From assembly GCF_001194135.2 (NCBI RefSeq), contig NC_068983.1, positions 4,521,683 through 4,569,306 on the forward strand: a DNA stretch of 47,624 nucleotides, written 5' to 3'. The stretch is from Octopus bimaculoides. Its lineage: Eukaryota. Both the position numbers and the translations under genes were made by a program. Positions 1 to 7,788 of the stretch are shown piece after piece. Each line of letters starts with the position of its first letter. Positions within the stretch are counted from its first letter, which is position 1. The notes beneath the pieces were generated by a model. That model saw nothing but the letters and a program-made list of their open reading frames with translations, did not search any database and was not told the DNA's origin.

Positions 1-114
1 ACCAATTGTCGTCGACGGTTCCTCACTCAGATTTTCGGGTTTCATTGCAAAGTTTTGTCCCGCTCACTCGCTCTCGTTTCTTCCTGCGGCGACATGAATA
101 ACATTTTTTCTTCT

Positions 115-326
115 TTTTTTTTTTTACTCAAGGCACAAAGCCCCACATTTTGGGGGAGGGGGGCAGTCGATTAGCTCGACCCCAGAACGCAACTGGTACT
201 TAATTTATCGAGCCCGAAAGGATGAAAGGCAAAGTTGACCTCGGTGGAATTTGAACTCAGACCGTAAAGACAGACGAAAAACTGTGAAGCATTTCGTCCG
301 GTGTGCTAACGATTCTGCCAGCTCGC
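115..326 (-). mobile_element. tRNA-derived SINE, family A
   Basis: Head GCGAGCTGGCAGAATCGTTAGCAC...CTGAGTTCAAATTCC with body shared with 13439, 35667 and 46372. Confidence 0.85.
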
Positions 327-1544
327 TGTCTTGACATGTATAACTTATACGACATTAATTAGTTGGTCTGTGCAATATATAATTGTACGTTGGTTGATAG
401 TTAATTCATTAACACCCTGGGTGGGAATTAAACCATATCATTATCACAAAGAATGTGACACTGATCCATGCAAAATATGTAGCTCCTTCGATCTCTTTCT
501 CAACCATTTCTCAACTCAGCAGAGTAGAATGGCAAATGGTTGCCAATGACAGGAGGAGTCCATAACAACAAGGCTTGACTCCAGTTTTATGACGTCCATC
601 GAAGAAATTTATTATATTACTGAGATTGCAGTGATGTGCAGTCACATGTGTGTCTATGTGTAAGCCTGTATATGTGTGTGTGTATGTATGTATGCATGCA
701 TGTGTGTGTATGTATGTATGTATGTATGTATGTGTAGATTTGTATGTTTTGTTTTATGTATGTATTCTCATGCATATAGTTACATATCTAGACACGCTCA
801 TATATATTTAAATGATAAACTTCTGGAAAGTTTTACAGATTTTTACAGTTCCAGTGATGGATTGCATCTGTCTTCGAATTAGCTTTCTGCTTTCTGGTTT
901 TGAGAAACCTAATTTCTCAAGATTGGGATTTAGGTAGTGTGTTACATATCCCATACATGTATGTAACTTTAATAGGTTAGCAATTCACGTTTGTCTAAAA
1001 ACCTTAGTTCTCCGACATTGCCACATCGACAGGTACTAATTACAGATAAGTGCATCGCTAATTACTGGTACAAAAATAAATTTATAAACTGGATAGAGAA
1101 GCTCCTGGGCCCACTTGCTGCCTCGAGATCTCCCAGCCAATGTAATATCTGTGCGTGTGTATGTGTGTGTGCGCGTGTGTGTGGTGTAGCTGTGCCAAGC
1201 TAGAGACGCAATCTGCATAGACAATAATAGTTAACTTACTGTTAACATATTTAATGCAGAGATCATTAACAACGTAATTATATTAGAGATAATTAAGCGG
1301 AGAGGAAAATATAATTACTTTTACTTAGGTTTTAGTGCAAATTACATAAGATATTTTAATTTCACTATTGTTTATTTTATTTCTTTATTCATTTTATTTT
1401 ATTTACTTATTTTGTAAATGGTGTCCCTGGGAATTCATGTCAACGTTTTGTTATATTTTTCAATTTTAGTCCTATATTTAAGAGATGAGGAATTATGTAC
1501 GTTATTTACATTATTTACATTTGACGGATATTTGTCCTCATCTT

Positions 1545-1592
1545 AACACAACGTTTCGGCTGATATACCCTCCAGCCTTCATCAGGTGTCTT
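1545..1592 (-). ncRNA. Minimal type-I hammerhead ribozyme motif (copy A, intact core)
   Basis: Minus strand reads AAGACAC CUGAUGA A GGCUG-GAGGGUAUAU-CAGCC GAAAC GUU|GUGUU: stem I GACAC/GUGUU, stem II 5 bp, palindromic AACGUU stem III. Predicted cut between 1550 and 1549. Confidence 0.75.
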
Positions 1593-1747
1593 GGGCAGAC
1601 GGCGTAATGGTTAAGAGCGTACGCTACTAACCAAAAGATTCCGAGTTCGATTACAAGCAGTGACCTAAATAATAATAATAACAACAACAACAACAACAAC
1701 ATCGAAAAATACCTTAGGAATGAGAACCCAGGTTCGAAATTTCCCCA

Positions 1748-1794
1748 AGACACCTGAAGAAGGCTGGAGGGTATATCAGCCGAAATGTTGTGTT
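1748..1794 (+). ncRNA. Hammerhead motif copy B (CUGAAGA core; GAAAC changed to GAAAU)
   Basis: AGACAC CUGAAGA A GGCUG-loop-CAGCC GAAAU GUU GUGUU; the C-to-T change at a CpG breaks the AACGUU palindrome. Confidence 0.6.
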
Positions 1795-1869
1795 AACAAC
1801 AGATAAGATGAGGACAAATATCCGTCAAATGTAAATAATTTTTCAATTTGCTGCTAATTTTTCGCACGT

Positions 1870-2095
1870 GAAGACAAGAGGCTGCACACGCGATTGCAAG
1901 CTCTTGGTTTCGATTCCCGGTTGTGCACTTGAGCAAAACACTTCACTTTGTGTTAGTCCAGTCCATTTAGCTTTACTGGGGTAACCCCGGCACAGACTGA
2001 CATCCTGTTCAGTGGGGAATGTTGTGATCTCAGCCACTTATACATCATGGAAACTGTGTTTGCGACCCTATCGGTCCTAGGATTCGGAAGAATTT
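1870..2095 (+). mobile_element. Degenerate SINE (CORE-like centre)
   Basis: B-box-like GGTTTCGATTCCC followed by CACTTGAGCAAAACACTTCAC. Confidence 0.5.
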
Positions 2096-2611
2096 TTGTT
2101 CACCTCGTTAATTACAATGTTGTAACATTTATTTAGTGATTCTTTCGTCGCTGTTTTGGTAAATATAATAAGGTCCATGTTCTACTGAGGAGGGCTTAAA
2201 AGACTGAAACATCGACGAAGTTGTCTCCTTTACTTGCAGAAATTATTAAAATAACGGATTTCAATTTAGGTACAAAACCAGCAATTTTGCAGAGGGAGTT
2301 CGTTGAAGCCATTTACCTCCAACACTTGACTGGTGCTAGATTTCAGATGATAAGAATTAATCATAGAGCTATATGTGTATTTCTCATTATACAATGATTA
2401 AAATTGTTGACTACATGAATACCAATTAGCTTATTGTTGTATACAGTAAGCAGGTGAGCGACATCCCGTTGGAAAAGGTGAAACGTTCAAAGAAAGAAAG
2501 GACAGACGGCAGCAATAAGACAAGTAAAGAAAGACGGCTATGAAAACCCGATGGACACCCAAAGGGCTCAGAATAAAACGCGGAAAGAGAGAAGGGTGAA
2601 CATTATATTAG

Positions 2612-3150
2612 GTCGTCCGTCGTTGTCGACGATGACCACGGACATCAAATGGGAGAAGACGATGGGGAATGGTGTGTCCGGCGGTGGTCAGTCAGCCTGA
2701 TGTGTGCTCTGAAGCCTCTAATGTAGATTGGACACTGATGGTCAGTTGGGACTAAAGACAAGGAATTGGCTCTGGACTTGCATAGCTCACGTTTTCTTTC
2801 TGTCCCTTTTGTTTGGAAGTGGTGACACCTCTATTGGCGCAGCTTCGCCAAGCAGGGAGGTCCTGTGTTTGCATTCCCCAGGTGTCGGGGTTGATCTCAG
2901 GTTTCTTGCGTGAGGCTTTGAGCATATCCTTGAGGCACTTTTACTGTCCACCCTGGGTGCGCCTGCTTTCCGCTAGTTCACTGTAAAACAGTCTCTTGGG
3001 GAGTTGCTTGTCAGCCATTCGAACAAGGCAGCCTGTCCGTCTCACTGGCGCTGTTCTCAGCAATGTGCAAATGCTTGGCACAGTAAACGAGACATAAAGA
3101 CGAAAGGAGGTGAGCTGGTATGTTTCGAGAAGCATGGAATTTATGAAGGA
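2612..3150 (-). mobile_element. RTE-clade LINE, 3' fragment (decayed end of ORF and 3' UTR)
   Basis: Minus-strand translation VPSICTLLRTAPVRRTGCLVRMADKQLPKRLFYSELAESRRTQGGQ*KCLKDMLKAS...INPDTW matches the RTE C-terminal pattern (RWAGHVVRM..RLPK.LLYGEL..GKR..GGQKKRFKD.LK). It contains stops. Confidence 0.85.
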
Positions 3151-3605
3151 TGCAGTGTTCTGACGGTGGGTAATTCGAATTCGAATATACCAGTAAAGTA
3201 AATGTAGTAGATAAGTAGGGAAGGAAAAGTGACAATAACTTTTGCAAGAAAGAAAAAAAGCTCTAATTAGAGTTATTTCCCTTAGACTACATTTTTGAAA
3301 TAACTTACTACTGGGTTATTTCCCTTGGACTGTAAAATTTGCTTAAAATTCTAATCGTTTGGAAAGACATTTTTGATATATATCTCTATGCTTTGCTTGA
3401 CTCCCCAAATATACATGGTTACAGGTAGAAAAGATGCATTCAAAAGAGTAAATGTTTGCTTTCATAGAAAATATATAACTCAGGGATGTTATCTACATAA
3501 AAAAAACAATAATTAGGTGTTAATAAATTAACACCTAATGAATCCACTTCATTTCAATTATTTTACAAAATAATGAAGTTTAGTAAAATGTTCTGCTACT
3601 ACACA

Positions 3606-3768
3606 CCGTATTTTAACGTGTATAAGGAACCCTTTTTTGTCAAAAATTAGTTTTAAAAAATATAAGAGTTTCTTATACATGGATAGTATTATAATCCCTT
3701 ACAAAACCTTTTCTCCAATTTTCAAGCCCCAAAAATTAGGGGTTCCTTTTATACACGTTAAAATACGG
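3606..3768. mobile_element. pogo/Tc1-mariner-type MITE, 163 bp
   Basis: About 27-bp TIRs CCGTATTTTAACGTGTATAAGGAACCC / GGGTTCCTTTTATACACGTTAAAATACGG; TA on the right flank, CA on the left. Confidence 0.85.
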
Positions 3769-3894
3769 TAGATCTCATTCAGAGATTTAAAACTAGTTGT
3801 TTTTCTTCTTACGAGATCGACGACTGACAATCGCTTCGATAAGTATATACTGTAAGTAAGGTCAGCTGGCTGCTATCTCTAGCCAGATAATTGT

Positions 3895-3940
3895 CCAGTA
3901 CTGAAGAAGGGAAATTACCCAGAAACCACTGGTCTGCTAG
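3895..3940 (+). ncRNA. Minimal type-I hammerhead motif, unrelated family X
   Basis: CCAGUA CUGAAGA A GGG-AAAUUA-CCC A GAA ACCA-C-UGGU C|UGCUAG: GUC triplet, near-palindromic stem III, stem I with one wobble and one mismatch. Confidence 0.55.
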
Positions 3941-4270
3941 CACTGCTGATAGACCAGCTGGGAAAGATGTTTTCCTGGGGTTAAAAAGTAGTAACACATT
4001 CCTATTTAGGACTGCCACGTTATGTTGGCAAATAAACTTTACTGTCCAGTGCTGTTACTGATTTCATTCAGAGATTCAAAAATAGTTGTTTTTCTCCTTT
4101 AGTAAAATAATTTTGTTTTTAAAGTAGTTGTATACTGTCAACTTAGCGTGACAGTGCCAATAAGGGAATCATACTACTGCTATTTAGCCCTAGGAAGCTG
4201 GACTGCTTCCTGTCAGTCTTGACACATTTCCTGTGTCCTTATGTTTACAAGGGGGAGACAAGCACCCCCA

Positions 4271-4314
4271 CCCAGGGACATGTTTCTGAGTTTTTGCTCA
4301 TCATCAGCCTGAAG
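4271..4314 (-). ncRNA. Minimal type-I hammerhead motif, unrelated family Y (fully paired)
   Basis: Minus strand reads CUUCAGG CUGAUGA UGAG-CAAAAA-CUCA GAAAC AU GUC|CCUGGG: 6-bp stem I (4 Watson-Crick, 2 G-U), 4-bp stem II, palindromic ACAUGU, GUC triplet. Predicted cut between 4277 and 4276. Confidence 0.75.
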
Positions 4315-4419
4315 TAGCATCACTAGCTGGCTGAAGATGCCGGTGAGATTTATAATTAGATCATTTCTAATTTTTGTAATCAGTGAATGTGTTTCACTAG
4401 AAATATATGTTTACAAGAG

Positions 4420-4610
4420 CTTGACAAATTTTGGCACAAGGCCAGCAATGTTGAGGGAGGGGTTAAGGCAACAGCATTGACCCTTGTGCTCAACTGGCAA
4501 TTATGTTACTGACCCCAAAAGGATGAAAGACAAAGTCAACCTTGGTGGAATTTGAACTAAGAAAACAAAGATGGATGGAATACTGCTAAGCATTTTGGCA
4601 GCTTGCTGCC
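4420..4610 (-). mobile_element. SINE family A, degenerate
   Basis: AAAGGATGAAAGACAAAGTCAACCTTGGTGGAATTTGAACT is homologous to 115-326. Confidence 0.7.
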
Positions 4611-4660
4611 TTAAAAATAATTTAAATCGATTTTTGTGTTCTGGTCATGTGACAAAAGAT

Positions 4661-5032
4661 ATGGCTGTGTGGTAAGTAGCATGCTTACCAGCCACATGGT
4701 TCCAGGTTCAATCCCACTGCATGGCACCTTGGGAAAATGTCTTCTACTATAGCCTCAGGCCGATCAAAACCTTGTGAGTGGATTTGGTAGACGGAAACTG
4801 AAAGAAGCCCGTCGTATATATGTGTGTATATGTTTGTGTGTCTGTCCCCTCCAACATCGCTTAACAACCGATGCTGGTGTGTTTATGTCCCTGTAACTTA
4901 GCGGTTCAGCAAAAGAGACCGATAGAATAAGTACTAGGCTTACAAAGAATAAGTCCTGGGTTCGATTTGCTCGACTAAAGGTAGTGCTCCAGCATGGCCA
5001 CAGTCAAATGGCTGAAACAAGTAAAAGAGTAA
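4661..5032 (+). mobile_element. Bipartite tRNA SINE, family B (CORE-like centre, microsatellite linker)
   Basis: GGCTGTGTGGTAAG...GGTTCAATCCCACTGCATGGCACCTTGGGAAAATGTCTTCTACTATAG...(TG)n...CAGCATGGCCACAGTCAAATGGCTGAAACAAGTAAAAGAG; many copies in the window. Confidence 0.88.
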
Positions 5033-5069
5033 ATTCACAACAAACAAATCTGTTTTCGAATAAAAATGT

Positions 5070-5075
5070 TTTAAT
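5070..5075 (-). promoter_or_regulatory. Candidate polyadenylation signal ATTAAA
   Basis: Variant hexamer about 90 nt downstream of the stop codon on the gene strand; no transcript evidence. Confidence 0.3.
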
Positions 5076-5165
5076 AGAAATTTCATAACAAACATAACTT
5101 ATGAGCTGCTTATGAAAGTTTCCTGTTTTCATAAAAATCTGTCAGATTATGGAATTAAGATTATC

Positions 5166-5490
5166 CTAAAGTTTTGAAAGAGTGATATAATCTTTCAGTA
5201 TCTTTGGTAAAGGTAGGAACTGTGATTTGTACAGAATCTGAGAATGTAACTCTTGTCGAATGACAATGCGCGTGAGAGCTTGTAGAGTCATTGGAGAGGA
5301 ATAAATATTGGCCAACCAGTTCCTGATGTCTGCTTCTAAGATGAATGGAGTAAAACAGTTAATGATGACAGAAGCGGCAGACTGCTTGACCGAGTCAGTC
5401 GTTAAAGAAACGTCTTGGTTATCTTTGGACTCGAGTGGTTCTGCATAGTTACCGGAAAATATCAAAGTCTTCAACAATTTTGTTTTTTGG
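5166..5490 (-). CDS. ASB-like terminal coding exon with SOCS box
   Basis: Acceptor tttctaatttcag|CCAAAA; ends in TAG at 5166-5168. C-terminus SPMTLQALTRIVIRQELHSQILYKSQFLPLPKILKDYITLSKL has BC-box and cullin-5-box (LPLP) spacing. Confidence 0.92.
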
Positions 5491-7753
5491 CTGAAATTAG
5501 AAACAAAACATATATATGCATTTTGTTTGTAGAAAATAGAAAAATAACGGTAATAATGTCAGTGAAAAATAAATATTAAGTAAATTGCCTTTACATATTT
5601 ATCACTATCAGTTACAAGCCAGACATCACAAAATGCATCTGAATAAACATTGCTGGACAGCAAATAGAGACTTGGACATTGCTTAGAAAATATTTTTTAT
5701 TTTTAACCTCATATATAGTACGCACTAGGGATTTTGACCTTTAAATTTGGGGAACAAAATGCAGATTATACTCGAGGATTTACAGTATATCCATGCTTAG
5801 AATCAGGCGATAGTTGACTACAGAGAGGGCATCTAATCATAGAATATCTGCTTCAACAAATTTCCTCAAACCCATGTAAGCATAGAAAAATGGATGTTAA
5901 AAAGGCGAGGATGTTGAAATGCAAATCTAAGAAAATGAAAGTGATGTAGAAGAGACTTCAGTGTAGAATGTCCATCAGATTTACCTGAAAACTCTGATGA
6001 TGTTAAAATTGTGAAGAAGGCTTCTTTCCCAAGGCTCAATCATTTCAACCAACGGCCAACAACAATCGTCTTTTAACAGCACTAAAATGCAGTCGATAAA
6101 ATCTTTTTCAAACATTTCTCGAACAACAACTGTCCACATTCTGAAAAGATAACGAGAAAAAGGTGAGAAACAATTAGTTTTAGATATTATTCAAGTTTAG
6201 ACACAAACACACACATGAAGGCTTCTTTCAGTTTCCATCTACCAAGTTCACTTATAACGCTTTGGTCAGCCCAAGAATAGAATAGAAGAAAACTTGCTCA
6301 AGGTACCATGCAGTGGAACTGAACTTGGAACTGTATGTTTGGGAAGTAAAACTTCTTACCACAAAGCCATGTAGTTAAATTGCTTTCAAAAAACACCTGT
6401 TCTGGTCAAATGAGCAAAGGTAAATCACATGGAGTCCAGTGAGTACAAATTGACCACATGGGGATGGAAGGTGTGGTAAGCAAAACCATTGGTTAGACGC
6501 TGTTTAATGTCTGCTTTCCATGCTAGCATGGGTTGGACGATTTGACTGAGGACTGGTGAAACCAGATAGCTACACCAGGCTCCAATCTCATTTGGCAGAG
6601 TTTCTACATATGGATGCCCTTCCTAACGCCAACCACTCAGAGAGTGTAGTAGGTGCTTTTACGTGCTACTGGCAACAATCTCGCTCAAATGTCTTTTCAC
6701 GTGCCAGGGAGGCAACGTTGGCCATGTGGTAAAGTTATTTGCTTCCCAACCACATGGTTTGGGGTTCAGTCCTGGTGCATGGCACCTAAGGCAAATGTTT
6801 TCTACTATCATTCCAGACTTGAAAGAGAAACAGATGACCTCAGGTATGTTAGTAATTAATCTTTGATAGATCAGAGAGAATATCAAGCATTTTCTTGCAG
6901 TGCAAAGGTTAAAACATTACAAATGGAAAGACAATAAAATAAAATAAACAGAAACAATAAAAACAGAGATAACAGAGAGAGGTTGTTGGTGTGAAAAGTG
7001 AATCAGATTTCAAAAGGGTTGGCTTTTCTAGGAAAAGGAAATTAGCACAAACATTTTCTCATAATCTGAGAGGTCACAGAAGAAATCCAATAACAACACT
7101 CTCTCTCTCTTTCATATGTATGTGTGTGTGCGTGTGTGAGCCTGGTTATGTAGTAAGAAGTCTGCTTCCCAACCACATGGTTTCAGGTTCAGTCTACTCT
7201 ATGGCACCTTGGGCAAGTGACTTCAACTATAGATTTGACGGACGGAAACTGAAAGAAGCCCATTGTGTGTGTGTATGTGTTTGCCCACCACCACTGCTTG
7301 ACAACTGGTGTTAGTTTGTTTACATCCTTGTAACTTAGTGGTTTGGCAAAAGAGATTTACTGAATAAGTAAAAGACTTAGAAAAATATACTGCGGTTGAT
7401 TCATTCAGCTAAAAATCCTTCAAGGCAGTGCCCCAGCATGGCCACAGTATAATGGCTGAAACAAGATAAGATATATATACATATAGGATATGGTGGTGGT
7501 AGGGCTGTTGGTTCCTTAACTTCTGATGGAGGTACAGAAGTGCTGTTGCAACTTACAGTATGTTTTGACTATTTTAAATCAGGAAGAGACCCCACCACAT
7601 CCCTTTCCAGGTCCCGAGAGAGAGAGAGAGAGAGAGATTGACCCCAGTAATGGACTGGTATTTTATCTAAAGGATGAAAGACACGGCTGACTTAGGTGAG
7701 GTTTAAACTCAGGGCACAGAGTTGGAACAAATCTAATTCTCTACAGACTCTAC

Positions 7754-7788
<35 letters not shown>

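Larger units (their letters stand above)
1470..1838 (+). mobile_element. tRNA-headed SINE with hammerhead-containing tail (1593-1838), preceded by an inverted copy of its own tail (1470-1595)
   Basis: A-box-like CGGCGTAATGG (1600-1610), B-box-like GAGTTCGATTA (1643-1653), (AAT/AAC)n linker, then the tail. 1511-1595 is the reverse complement of 1744-1838 with a 10-nt deletion. Homologous to 22546-22815 and 10995-11046. Confidence 0.85.

Noticed and set aside
1593-1665. Possible tRNA genes at SINE heads
   Set aside because: A/B boxes are present but there is no complete cloverleaf acceptor stem, and each continues into a repeat body.
6546-6570. CTGAGGACTGGTGAAACCAG in family C SINEs as a hammerhead
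   Set aside because: The hairpin encloses the GAAA instead of preceding it, and other copies read GGCGAACC.
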